From: an uncultured Gammaproteobacteria bacterium
GTDB taxonomy: Bacteria > Pseudomonadota > Gammaproteobacteria > UBA9214
Direction: 5' to 3'
DNA: 34,612 bases
NCBI GenBank assembly: GCA_905480065.1
Contig: CAJQOV010000030.1
Span: forward strand, 1-34,612
Shown: positions 18,267 to 26,994 of the stretch, in pieces
Position numbering within the stretch: position 1 is the first letter of the stretch
Layout of the letters: each line of letters opens with the position of its first letter
Translations under genes and position numbers: made by a program
Notes under the pieces: model-generated
Seen by the model: only the letters and a program-made list of their open reading frames with translations
What the model was told of the DNA's origin: nothing
Databases searched by the model: none

Positions 18267-18968
18267 ATGAACGTTGAACCCCTTGCTGCGGCATTTATCG
18301 TCGGCCTGCTTGGCGGTACCCACTGTGTCGGTATGTGTGGCGGTATCGTGGGCGCGCTCACGGCAGGCGTGGCGGAACCGGCGCGGCGCTCGCGCCTGCG
18401 CATGTTTGTCACGCAGTTATCCTATAACCTCGGTCGTATCTCCAGTTACACCCTTGCCGGTGTCATCGCCGGTACGCTCGGACGCCAGGCTGGCCTGCTG
18501 GAGCTGACCGGTGGTTTCCCGCTCGGTCGCGTGATTGCCGGCGTGATCATGATCCTGATGGGTGTATACCTCGGGGGGTGGTGGCATGCCCTGCGCTGGA
18601 TGGAACGGGCCGGCAGTTACCTGTGGAAATGGATTGAGCCGCTGGGACGCAAGGTGATCCCGGTACGCCAGCCCTGGCAGGCCCTGTGGCTGGGTATGGT
18701 GTGGGGCTGGTTACCGTGCGGGCTGGTGTATACAGCGCTGGCGCTGGCGCTGGCCAGCGGGTCGGGTGTCAATGGCGGCGCAATCATGCTGGCATTCGGT
18801 GCCGGTACCTTACCCACCTTGCTGACCCTGGGCGTAACGTTTGACGTGGCCGGGCGCTGGGTACAGGATGTGCGGGTGCGCCGTGTCGCCGGTGTGCTGG
18901 TCATTTTGCTCGGGCTGCTGCTGCTTGCTATTGCCGGGCAGCATGGGCATCATGCCCACCCCCGCTGA
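18267..18968 (+). CDS. TauE/SafE-like (DsbD_2-type) membrane protein commonly linked to cco assembly genes
   Basis: The N-terminus is MNVEPLAAAFIVGLLGGTHCVGMCGGIV, carrying a CxxxC motif in TM1. It is a polytopic membrane protein and ends in a His-rich tail (GQHGHHAHPR). Confidence 0.7.
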   Translation: MNVEPLAAAFIVGLLGGTHCVGMCGGIVGALTAGVAEPARRSRLRMFVTQLSYNLGRISSYTLAGVIAGTLGRQAGLLELTGGFPLGRVIAGVIMILMGVYLGGWWHALRWMERAGSYLWKWIEPLGRKVIPVRQPWQALWLGMVWGWLPCGLVYTALALALASGSGVNGGAIMLAFGAGTLPTLLTLGVTFDVAGRWVQDVRVRRVAGVLVILLGLLLLAIAGQHGHHAHPR

Positions 18969-19042
18969 TTTACAGCCCGATGATTTCATGGACAAAAGTC
19001 TACTGAACAGGGCAAATCTGACCTGGTCTGCCAATATAAGAA

Positions 19043-19058
19043 ACACAATATATAGTGT
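19043..19058. promoter_or_regulatory. NrdR box (distal)
   Basis: ACACAATATATAGTGT matches the 16-bp NrdR consensus acaCwAtATaTwGtgt at every position. Confidence 0.6.
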
Positions 19059-19161
19059 TTCACTGTAATGGAAACTAACCCTGTTCTGGCCCTCTATTAG
19101 CATCTTATTGTAGAGTTAAATCATTGAAAAATAATGTTATTTATACCCATATAAAATTTGC

Positions 19162-19190
19162 TTGACAGGCCCTTTCCGGCTGCATAACCT
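19162..19190 (+). promoter_or_regulatory. Sigma70-like promoter for nrdJ (TTGACA-17 nt-TAACCT)
   Basis: TTGACA at 19162..19167, a 17-nt spacer, and TAACCT at 19185..19190. The proximal NrdR box starts 12 nt after the -10 element. Confidence 0.45.
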
Positions 19191-19201
19191 CGCTTCCTCT
19201 G

Positions 19202-19217
19202 ACACAATATGTTGTGT
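19202..19217. promoter_or_regulatory. NrdR box (proximal, overlapping the predicted transcription start)
   Basis: ACACAATATGTTGTGT has one deviation from the NrdR consensus. It lies about 100 nt upstream of the nrdJa ATG. Confidence 0.6.
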
Positions 19218-19317
19218 TGCCCCATGAACAGCCAAAGCCCACGTCTATCCCGCTTGGGGGCGGGCAGAGAGCACATTCCTGTACAAGAATGAAACAATAG
19301 GGAGGAAGACAGGATTT

Positions 19318-21471
19318 ATGAACACGATCGCACACCTCGAAGCAGTTCCCACCGGCGTTGCGGCAATTCCGATGCAGCCGGCATCCCGGGATATCTGGGA
19401 AAAGAAGTACCGCCTGCAGGCCAAGGATGGCACGCCGGTCGACGAAACTATCGATTCCACCTATCAGCGCGTAGCGCGTGCGCTGGCGGATGTAGAAAGC
19501 ACACCCGAGGCGCGTGAAACCTGGTACCGGGAATTTCTCTGGGCGCTGCGTCATGGCGCCATTCCGGCCGGTCGCATCATATCCAATGCCGGTGCGCAGG
19601 AGCACAAGCCGGCCACCTCGACCATCAACTGCACGGTCTCCGGTATCGTCCGCGACTCCATGAATGACATCCTGGAGAAGGTGCACGAGGCGGGTCTGAC
19701 GCTGAAGGCCGGTTGCGGCATTGGTTACGAGTTTTCCACGCTGCGTCCGCGCGGCGCCTATGTCTCCGGTGCCGGCGCCTACACCTCCGGCCCGCTGTCG
19801 TTCATGGATATCTACGACAAGATGTGTTTTACCGTGTCATCCGCCGGTGGTCGGCGTGGTGCGCAGATGGCGACCTTCGATGTCGGGCACCCGGACGTCA
19901 TGGATTTTAACCGTGCCAAGCGCGAGGACGGGCGGCTGCGCCAGTTTAACCTGTCGCTGCTGATCACAACCGAGTTCATGGACGCCGTGCAGAGTGATGC
20001 GGACTGGAAGCTGGCCTTTCCGATCAGCCGCCAGGAGCTGGATGATGGTCTGGATCTGAATAATCCGGAACAGGTGATCTGGCGCGAGTGGCCATACAAG
20101 GGCGACTACGTGGCCAACAACGCCGGACTGGTGGCCTGCAAGGTCTACAAGAGCGTACCGGCGCGGCGCCTGTGGAACATGATCATGAGTTCCACCTACG
20201 ATTTCGCGGAGCCGGGTTTCATCCTGATCGACAAGGTCAACGAGATGAACAACAACTGGTTCTGCGAGAACATTCGCGCCACCAACCCGTGCGGCGAACA
20301 GCCGTTGCCCCCGTATGGTTCCTGCCTGCTCGGTTCGGTTAACCTGACCAAGTTCGTCAAGAACCCCTTTACCAGCCGTGCCGAGTTCAACTGGGAAGAA
20401 TTCCGCAAGGTAGTGGCCATCTTCACGCGCATGCTGGACAACGTGGTCGAGATCAATGGTCTGCCTCTGGCAGGACAACGTGACGAGATCATGCGCAAAC
20501 GCCGTCACGGTATGGGTTTTCTGGGGCTGGGTTCCACCGTCACCATGCTGCGCATGAAGTATGGCGAGCAGGATTCGGTAAAATTCACCGAGCGTGTCAG
20601 TCGCGAGCTGGCACTGACCGGGTGGCGGATAGCCCTGGAGCTGGCAAAGGAAAAGGGATCGGCTCCGATCATGGAGGAAGAATTCCAGGTCACCGAGGAA
20701 ATGTTGCGCAAGCGCCCGGACATGCGCCGCGATGGCTATGTGCCTGGTGACAAGGTCAAGGGCAAGGTGCTACACGCGCGCTACAGCCGCTATATGCAGC
20801 GTGTTGCCGAGGAGGCGCCGGAGCTGGCCAGCCAGCTTGCCGAGACCGGTGCCCGTTTCACCCATCACAGCTCGATTGCACCGACCGGTACAATCTCGCT
20901 GTCGCTGGCCAACAATGCCAGCAACGGCATTGAGCCGAGCTTCGCACACCACTATTTCCGTAACGTGATCCGCGAAGGCCGCAAGACCAAGGAGAAAATC
21001 GATGTATTCTCTTTCGAGCTGCTGGCCTACCGTGAGCTGGTCAATCCGAATGCGACTGCCAGCATGGAAGGGGATGGTGACAAGCTGCCGGATTATTTTA
21101 TTGCCGCAGACAATGTTACGCCGAAACAGCACGTCGATATCCAGGCCGCTGCGCAGATGTGGGTGGATTCCTCCATTTCCAAGACGGCAAACGTGCCCAC
21201 GGATTACCCGTTCGAGGACTTCAAGGATATCTACCTGTATGCCTACAAGCAGGGGCTGAAGGGATGTACCACGTTCCGCTTCAATCCGGAGGCGTTCCAG
21301 GGGGTGCTGGTCAAGGGCGAGGACCTGGAAAATACCACCTATGAGTTCACGCTCGAGGACGGTTCGAAGGTGAGCCTCAAGGGTAACGAAGAGGTCGAGT
21401 ACGACGGTGAGATGCATACCGCGGCCAACCTCTACGATGCTCTGAAAGAGGGCTATTACGGAAAATTCTGA
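19318..21471 (+). CDS. nrdJa: Adenosylcobalamin-dependent (class II) ribonucleotide reductase, large N-terminal part
   Basis: RNR catalytic core motifs are present: NPCGEQPLPPYGSCLLGSVNL (thiyl-radical Cys loop), STINCTVSG, and SSISKTANVP. Confidence 0.9.
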   Translation: MNTIAHLEAVPTGVAAIPMQPASRDIWEKKYRLQAKDGTPVDETIDSTYQRVARALADVESTPEARETWYREFLWALRHGAIPAGRIISNAGAQEHKPATSTINCTVSGIVRDSMNDILEKVHEAGLTLKAGCGIGYEFSTLRPRGAYVSGAGAYTSGPLSFMDIYDKMCFTVSSAGGRRGAQMATFDVGHPDVMDFNRAKREDGRLRQFNLSLLITTEFMDAVQSDADWKLAFPISRQELDDGLDLNNPEQVIWREWPYKGDYVANNAGLVACKVYKSVPARRLWNMIMSSTYDFAEPGFILIDKVNEMNNNWFCENIRATNPCGEQPLPPYGSCLLGSVNLTKFVKNPFTSRAEFNWEEFRKVVAIFTRMLDNVVEINGLPLAGQRDEIMRKRRHGMGFLGLGSTVTMLRMKYGEQDSVKFTERVSRELALTGWRIALELAKEKGSAPIMEEEFQVTEEMLRKRPDMRRDGYVPGDKVKGKVLHARYSRYMQRVAEEAPELASQLAETGARFTHHSSIAPTGTISLSLANNASNGIEPSFAHHYFRNVIREGRKTKEKIDVFSFELLAYRELVNPNATASMEGDGDKLPDYFIAADNVTPKQHVDIQAAAQMWVDSSISKTANVPTDYPFEDFKDIYLYAYKQGLKGCTTFRFNPEAFQGVLVKGEDLENTTYEFTLEDGSKVSLKGNEEVEYDGEMHTAANLYDALKEGYYGKF

Positions 21472-21523
21472 CCGCTCGCGCCCAGATGGCGTTTGCAGGC
21501 GGGTTGTTAATCAGGAGCACAGC

Positions 21524-22225
21524 ATGACTATACGTATCGAGAAGAAGATCGTCGGTTACAAGGTTGCGGACAAGGATGAATTGAAGCAGAACGAAACGGC
21601 GAAGGTTCCCGACCTGCACCGCCAGGACAATATCGTGCAGTTGCACGAACGGCTGGAACGCCCGGAGATGCTGATCGGTTCGACCTACAAGGTCAAGACG
21701 CCACTGACCGAGCACGCACTGTATGTGACCATCAACGATATTGTGCTCAATCACGGCACCGAGAATGAACTGCGCCGTCCGTTCGAGATCTTTATCAACT
21801 CCAAGAACATGGACCACTTCCAGTGGATTGTGGCGCTGACCCGGATTATCTCTGCCGTGTTCCGCAAGGGGGGTGACGTGACCTTCCTGGTGGAGGAGTT
21901 GCGCTCGGTGTTCGATCCGCGTGGTGGTTACTTCAAGAAGGGTGGCAAGTATATGCCGTCACTGGTGGCAGAAATCGGCGATGCCATTGAATGTCATATG
22001 CGCATGATCGGTCTGCTGAAGGATGATGGGCTCGACGAGCACCAGAAGAAACTGGTGGCCGAGAAGCGTGCCCAGTATGAAGCGTCCAGGGGTGGCATGC
22101 CGAGTGCCGATCCGGGTGATTTCCCGGAAGGCTCGCAGCTCTGCATGAAGTGTCAGACCAAGGCCGCGATTGTCATGGATGGCTGCCTGACCTGCCTGAA
22201 CTGTGGTGAGTCGAAGTGCGGCTAA
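21524..22225 (+). CDS. nrdJb: Class II ribonucleotide reductase C-terminal part (TSCPD-like region plus Cys-rich tail)
   Basis: ERPEMLIGSTYKVKTPLTEHALYVTINDIVL...PFEIFINSKNMDHFQWIVALTRIISAVFRKGGDV corresponds to the C-terminal part of NrdJ. The tail is CMKCQTKAAIVMDGCLTCLNCGESKCG. AGGAG RBS. This is the same split arrangement described for Pseudomonas aeruginosa nrdJab. Confidence 0.8.
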   Translation: MTIRIEKKIVGYKVADKDELKQNETAKVPDLHRQDNIVQLHERLERPEMLIGSTYKVKTPLTEHALYVTINDIVLNHGTENELRRPFEIFINSKNMDHFQWIVALTRIISAVFRKGGDVTFLVEELRSVFDPRGGYFKKGGKYMPSLVAEIGDAIECHMRMIGLLKDDGLDEHQKKLVAEKRAQYEASRGGMPSADPGDFPEGSQLCMKCQTKAAIVMDGCLTCLNCGESKCG

Positions 22226-22396
22226 TGCCATGATCAGGCATATTTTTTCGGCTATACCGCAGCTTAGTACCTTTGACCGATTGCCGGTGCTGGTGCGGGG
22301 GGGCTATAAAGTACCCGTGGCAGTGAGTATGATTGCCAGGAGATGAAGAACAATAACAGTCCGAAAACAATAACGGTCTCGGGCGAAGGAGGCAGG

Positions 22397-22627
22397 ATGT
22401 TTCTGCAACAAAAGCCAATTCCTGGCTACTGGTACAGTAACCTGGCGGGTCAGCTTATCCAGGTCCGAGCGATCGTGTTCTCAGCCGGCCAGCGCAGCCG
22501 CATCGTACTGGAAGACATCAGTGGCAAGCGCCAGTCCATCGACCTGACCGACTGGCGCGGCATGGATATGGTGCTGCATTCTCCGGTAGCCGACCGGCGC
22601 GGGGATGATGCAGAGCGTGGATTCTAG
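22397..22627 (+). CDS. Small hypothetical cytoplasmic protein (76 aa)
   Basis: GAAGGAGG lies 5 nt upstream of the ATG at 22397. The ORF-track start at 22343 has its SD directly abutting the ATG. I recognise no family. Confidence 0.5.
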   Translation: MFLQQKPIPGYWYSNLAGQLIQVRAIVFSAGQRSRIVLEDISGKRQSIDLTDWRGMDMVLHSPVADRRGDDAERGF

Positions 22628-23122
22628 TTTACTCATCTTGCCGGTTCGCAAAGCCCGGTGCAGCGGGTACGCAGCAGATACTGCACAGCTATATCTCCCG
22701 GCAGCTTGCCGTATTGGGTTGCCCGGCCGGAATACCCGGTCTCCAAGTAACAGCCTGCCGTTGCGCCCGCCAGGTGCCCGGTCAGCGCATTTCCTGAAGT
22801 AATATCAAATCTGACGTCTTCCCGTGCGATTTGCCCCGCGAGTCGGTTCGGAACCGCTGGCTATGCGGCTGTGCGCAGGGGTTCCGCCTGTTGAGGTTGT
22901 GGTATATTGCTGGCTCGGCGAAGTTCGGTAATACGCCAGTGAATGGATGGCGGGTCGTGGTACCAGTATGATTTTAATGATGGCTTGCGGCAGCGTATCC
23001 AGCGCCGGGAACGTGAATACCTTGGCTGAAACACCTGAACCGGTCGGCCTGACGGCACGTCTGTCTGTTGCGCTGTCTGCGGCTGGCTTCCCTGTTGCAC
23101 CGGTTTTGCAGGAACGCTGAGC

Positions 23123-24832
23123 ATGTATCTGGACCACTTCGACCTGAGAGAACGTCCCTTCTCGATCACACCCGATCCGCGCTTCCTGTATATGAGTGCG
23201 CGTCATCGCGAAGCATTGGCGCACCTCCTGTACGGCCTGGGTGAAGGCGGGGGGTTCGTGCAGCTGACCGGCGAGGTCGGCACCGGCAAGACCACGATTT
23301 GTCGCTGTCTGCTGGAACAGGTGCCGGACAATGTCGATATCGCCATGGTGCTCAATCCCAAGGTTACCGCGACCGAGCTGATTGCGACGGTATGTGACGA
23401 GCTGGGTGTCAGCTACCCGGCCGAAAACACCAGTATCAAGACCATGGTTGATATCCTCAATCGTTACCTGCTGGATGCCCATGCGCGTGGTCGTCGCACG
23501 GTGCTGATCATCGACGAGGCCCAAAACCTGTCAAGGGATGTGCTGGAGCAGGTACGCCTGCTGACCAACCTTGAAACACCGACGCAAAAGCTGTTGCAGA
23601 TCATCCTGATCGGGCAGCCGGAATTGCGGGAATTGCTGGCCCGTGAAGATATGCGTCAGCTGGCCCAGCGCGTTACCGCCCGTTACCACCTTGAACCGAT
23701 CAGTCGCGAGGAAACCGGCGCCTACATCCGCCATCGCCTGCAGATATGCGGGACGTCGAAAGTGCTGTTCAACAAGGGTGCGGTTGATCGAATACAGCAT
23801 TTGTCCGGCGGGATTCCGCGCCTGATCAACGTGCTGTGTGACCGTGCCATGCTGGGCGCCTATGTAGAGAGCAGGGCTGTGGTAGACGGGCGCGTGGTAC
23901 GCAAGGCTGCCCGCGAAGTGCTGGCGGAGGAGACCGGCGGAAACGGGTCCGCTGGTAGTCGCTTGCCGTGGGTGCTGACGGGCGCAGCGCTGCTGGTGCT
24001 GGCCGTGCTCGGTTACCTGTATCAGCCCTGGGGGACGTCACCAGCGGTTACGCCGACTGCGGCGGTGCAGCCGAAGCCAGCACCGGCCCCGGTCGAGGCG
24101 GTCGAGCCGGACCAGCAGAAACCGGAACTGGCGGCTGTGGTGCCGCTAGCCGGTGCCGACCCGCAGGCCGTCGCTGTCACAGCAGAAATTGCACCGCAAG
24201 AGATCGATCTCGATGAGCTGCTCTTGGCAGCAGACAGCGGCTGGTACCATGCAGCATGGACCGGATTGCTGCACTTGTGGGCGGTCGAATTGCCGCTGGA
24301 AGTCAGGCCGGATTTCTGTAATTACGCGCTGGAGTACGGTCTGCTGTGTTCCAGTGAGCAGGGTAACTGGAATACGGTCCGGCATACCAATCGTCCGGCC
24401 ATACTAAAGCTGGTAGATGCAGACGGGATCCGGGTGCCGGTGCTGTTGCAGCAACTGCAAGGCGAGCAGGCCATGCTGGTGCTGGGTGGTGAGCCTCATG
24501 CGATAGATATCAGCGTTATTGACCAGTACTGGTTCGGTGAGTACACGCTGCTGTTGCAGGCCCCCCCGGGCGGACGTTTGCTGCTCGGTGTGGGTGAACG
24601 CAATTCCGACGTGGCCTGGCTGCGCGAACAGCTGGAAAACGTGCAAGGGGTGAAGATTCTGTCCCCGGATCCCCAGCTGTTCGACTATCCACTGCAGAAA
24701 CAGGTGCTGGAGTTTCAGCGCAGTCGCGGACTGGTGGCTGATGGCATAGTTGGCAAGAACACTTTGATCCAGCTGAATTCTTCTTCCGGACGGGAGGGTG
24801 TGCCGGTGTTGCAAACGGTCGCGGTGGAGTAA
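23123..24832 (+). CDS. exeA: ExeA/GspA-family AAA ATPase with a C-terminal peptidoglycan-binding domain
   Basis: MYLDHFDLRERPFSITPDPRFLYMSARHREAL...LTGEVGTGKTT (Walker A)...VLIIDEAQNL (Walker B), then a central TM segment (LPWVLTGAALLVLAVLGYLY). The C-terminal PG_binding_1 motif is LQKQVLEFQRSRGLVADGIVGKNTL. Confidence 0.85.
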   Translation: MYLDHFDLRERPFSITPDPRFLYMSARHREALAHLLYGLGEGGGFVQLTGEVGTGKTTICRCLLEQVPDNVDIAMVLNPKVTATELIATVCDELGVSYPAENTSIKTMVDILNRYLLDAHARGRRTVLIIDEAQNLSRDVLEQVRLLTNLETPTQKLLQIILIGQPELRELLAREDMRQLAQRVTARYHLEPISREETGAYIRHRLQICGTSKVLFNKGAVDRIQHLSGGIPRLINVLCDRAMLGAYVESRAVVDGRVVRKAAREVLAEETGGNGSAGSRLPWVLTGAALLVLAVLGYLYQPWGTSPAVTPTAAVQPKPAPAPVEAVEPDQQKPELAAVVPLAGADPQAVAVTAEIAPQEIDLDELLLAADSGWYHAAWTGLLHLWAVELPLEVRPDFCNYALEYGLLCSSEQGNWNTVRHTNRPAILKLVDADGIRVPVLLQQLQGEQAMLVLGGEPHAIDISVIDQYWFGEYTLLLQAPPGGRLLLGVGERNSDVAWLREQLENVQGVKILSPDPQLFDYPLQKQVLEFQRSRGLVADGIVGKNTLIQLNSSSGREGVPVLQTVAVE

Positions 24833-24836
24833 GCGA

Positions 24837-25511
24837 ATGTCCTACATTCTCGATGCACTGAGAAAGGCAGACCGGGATCGTGTGCTGGGGGAAGTGCCTG
24901 ACCTGGAGGCTGCGCACTGGGGGCTTCGTCGCCCGGAGCGGTCCTGGCGCTGGTTGTGGATTGTGGTGGTGTTGCTGGTATTCAATGCCGGTTTGCTGGT
25001 GTATATGTTGAGCCGGAATACGGAGTTACCAGTGGAGGTATCGCATCCGCCAACGGTCCGGAATGTGCCGGCGTTGTCCCCGGCGGCGCCGGTTAGTCGT
25101 GGTCCCGCTGCGGTTGTACAGGAGTCGCCACAACCATCTCCCAGGATCTTGCGCCCCAAGGTTGCCGTCCAGCCGCATGTTGCACCCGTGCCGGCCGCCG
25201 TGCCGAAAGTACAGGGGGCTCCCGCTGCACGCGTAGTGACTGCGTCAGCCCCCCTGACTGCTGCGCCAGACAGCAATACTTCGGATCTGCCTGAGTGGGG
25301 TGAATTGCCGCTGGAATTTCGCAGCCAGTTTGTGCTGCCGCATATCGATGTGTACGTTTATGCTGAAGAACCGCAGCGGCGCTTTATCCTCGTGGATCTG
25401 AAGAAGTTCCGCGAGGGTGACACGCTTGCCAACGGCGCTGTGCTGGAGAAAATTACGCCTGCCTATCTTCAGCTCAAATACCAGGATACCCGTTTCCGGC
25501 TTGACCGCTAG
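24837..25511 (+). CDS. gspB: GspB/ExeB-like protein
   Basis: The N-terminus is MSYILDALRKADRDR. It has one TM helix and a Pro/Ala-rich linker. The C-terminus (LPHIDVYVYAEEPQRRFILVDLKKFREGDTLANGAVLEKI) is typical of the T2SS-B domain. The start lies 4 nt after the exeA stop. Confidence 0.7.
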   Translation: MSYILDALRKADRDRVLGEVPDLEAAHWGLRRPERSWRWLWIVVVLLVFNAGLLVYMLSRNTELPVEVSHPPTVRNVPALSPAAPVSRGPAAVVQESPQPSPRILRPKVAVQPHVAPVPAAVPKVQGAPAARVVTASAPLTAAPDSNTSDLPEWGELPLEFRSQFVLPHIDVYVYAEEPQRRFILVDLKKFREGDTLANGAVLEKITPAYLQLKYQDTRFRLDR

Positions 25512-25523
25512 CCCGGGTGGATC

Positions 25524-26003
25524 TCAGGCCGGGCTGACCCGGCCAGCGGCCAGTTCATCCGCAGTTGCGTCGCGGATATCCTGAATCTCGACCTCAAACA
25601 CCAGAGTCTGTCCGGCAAGCGGGTGATTGCCATCCAGTTGCGCAATGCCATTCTGGATTCCGGTAACGGTAAACAGTACCTGGTTGCCTTCATCGTCGGT
25701 ACCGACAACCCGTCCGCCCGGCTCGATTTTCTCGCCAGGTGGAAAATCATCCAGCGGCATTTCGCAAACCAGTTCGATGTCCCGTTTGCCGAACGCATCG
25801 GCCGGCAACAACCGGGTACGGATAACATCCCCGGTCTGGTGTGTTTCCAGGCTGCGTTCCAGTTTTGCCGGCAATGCATCCCGGCCATGCAGATAGGTTA
25901 CCGGTTTTCCGGTGGCCTCGCGCACCAGTACGCCATCGGCGTTGGTCATCGAGTACTGGATGGTTATTACCTTGTCAGGTGCGACGGTTTGCTTGATTTT
26001 CAT
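25524..26003 (-). CDS. slyD: FKBP-type peptidyl-prolyl cis-trans isomerase, SlyD-like, without a His-rich tail
   Basis: The sequence is collinear with E. coli SlyD as I recall it (VTYLHGRDALPAKLERSLETHQTGD...LDGNHPLAGQTLVFEVEIQDIRDATADELAAG). Confidence 0.8.
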   Translation of the reverse strand: MKIKQTVAPDKVITIQYSMTNADGVLVREATGKPVTYLHGRDALPAKLERSLETHQTGDVIRTRLLPADAFGKRDIELVCEMPLDDFPPGEKIEPGGRVVGTDDEGNQVLFTVTGIQNGIAQLDGNHPLAGQTLVFEVEIQDIRDATADELAAGRVSPA

Positions 26004-26069
26004 GCGGATTATCTTGCAGTTGCGCGGTTTGTCCGGGAGTGATTATACGACGTGGAGCGCTGCAGCGAA

Positions 26070-26098
26070 CTTGATACAGGGAAATATGTCCCAATATA
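26070..26098 (+). promoter_or_regulatory. Sigma32-like heat-shock promoter upstream of hspQ
   Basis: CTTGATA at 26070..26076, a 13-nt spacer, and CCCAATATA at 26090..26098. The sigma32 consensus is CTTGAAA-N13/14-CCCCATNT. It sits about 37 nt upstream of the hspQ ATG. Confidence 0.4.
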
Positions 26099-26134
26099 GT
26101 GTGTATTGCAGCATCGATAACGGGGTTATCAGGA

Positions 26135-26446
26135 ATGAAACAGGCGAAATTTTCCATTGGCCAGTGTATCGAGCACCGGTTGTTTGAATACCGGGGAGTG
26201 ATTGTGGATGTCGATGCGGAATTCCGGGCAGCCGGGAAATGGCGACTGCAGAAAACGGCTGGCGCGGCATACGGCGGCGAGCCCTGGTACCATGTTCTGG
26301 TAGATAATAGTGGCAATGAGGCCTATGTGCCCGAGCGCAACCTCGTTGTAGACGACAGCGGCGAGCCTATAAACCACCCGCTGTTGAGCGAGTTTCTGGT
26401 GCAGTCGGATCAGGGTTACTGCCAGAACGTACAGCAGCTCAATTAG
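26135..26446 (+). CDS. hspQ: Heat shock protein HspQ (YccV, hemimethylated-DNA-binding domain)
   Basis: MKQAKFSIGQCIEHRLFEYRGVIVDVDAEF...PWYHVLVDN...AYVPERNL matches the HspQ pattern (E. coli: [24 protein letters not shown]). The ORF-track start at 26099 is an upstream extension. Confidence 0.8.
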   Translation: MKQAKFSIGQCIEHRLFEYRGVIVDVDAEFRAAGKWRLQKTAGAAYGGEPWYHVLVDNSGNEAYVPERNLVVDDSGEPINHPLLSEFLVQSDQGYCQNVQQLN

Positions 26447-26524
26447 CTGCCATGCTGCCAGCTGCGCAGGACTTTTTCCCTTGCCATAGCATACCCGTCA
26501 GCGGGTAGATGATCGGGTTGAACA

Positions 26525-26980
26525 ATGATTGCTGCCATCCAGGTACTGCTCAGAAAACACTTGTCGACGGGGGTTGGCGCAGCGGATGCACGGGAGTCCA
26601 TGTTGCAAGCCGCCGCGGCAGCCTTACTGATGGAAATCGCGTCGGCGGATGACCATGTCAGCGATGGCGAACGTACTGCAATCCGGCGGATTGTCGGGGA
26701 AACCTTCGCTATCTCTGCAGAACAGGCGGCCTCGATTTCCCGTGAGGCCGAGCATCGCTCGGATGAGGTAACCTCGTTGTATCCCTTTACCCGTCTGCTG
26801 ACCAGCGAATGCAGTATGGAAGAGCGTGTCGAGATCGTGCACAGTCTTTGGGAAGTGGCGTTTGTCGACGGGCGCATAGATGCTCATGAAGAGCACCTGA
26901 TCAGGAAGATAGCCGATCTGCTGTATGTGCCGCACAGCCAGTTTATTCGCGGCAAACTTGCAAAATCCGGCGTCGATTAG
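26525..26980 (+). CDS. TerB-family (tellurite-resistance-like) protein
   Basis: Paired helices with the motifs ADDHVSDGERTAIRRI and VDGRIDAHEEHLIRKIADLL, typical of TerB domains. Confidence 0.7.
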   Translation: MIAAIQVLLRKHLSTGVGAADARESMLQAAAAALLMEIASADDHVSDGERTAIRRIVGETFAISAEQAASISREAEHRSDEVTSLYPFTRLLTSECSMEERVEIVHSLWEVAFVDGRIDAHEEHLIRKIADLLYVPHSQFIRGKLAKSGVD

Positions 26981-26994
26981 CCGCTATTCTGCAA

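Noticed and set aside
19218-19317. Possible cobalamin riboswitch in the nrdJ leader
   Set aside because: There is no B12-box-like sequence and the leader is too short. B12 riboswitches also typically control B12-independent RNRs, not nrdJ.
22947-23120. 58-codon ORF (MAGRGTSMILMMACGSVSS...) ending 2 nt before the exeA ATG
   Set aside because: No SD precedes either in-frame ATG, and there is no convincing signal peptide or lipobox despite the MMAC motif. The composition is unremarkable. It cannot be supported without conservation data.
22805-23524. 239-aa ORF on the minus strand
   Set aside because: Most of it is antisense to the exeA N-terminal ATPase region, where the Walker A/B motifs confirm the + frame. 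The remainder lies in the upstream gap without an RBS.
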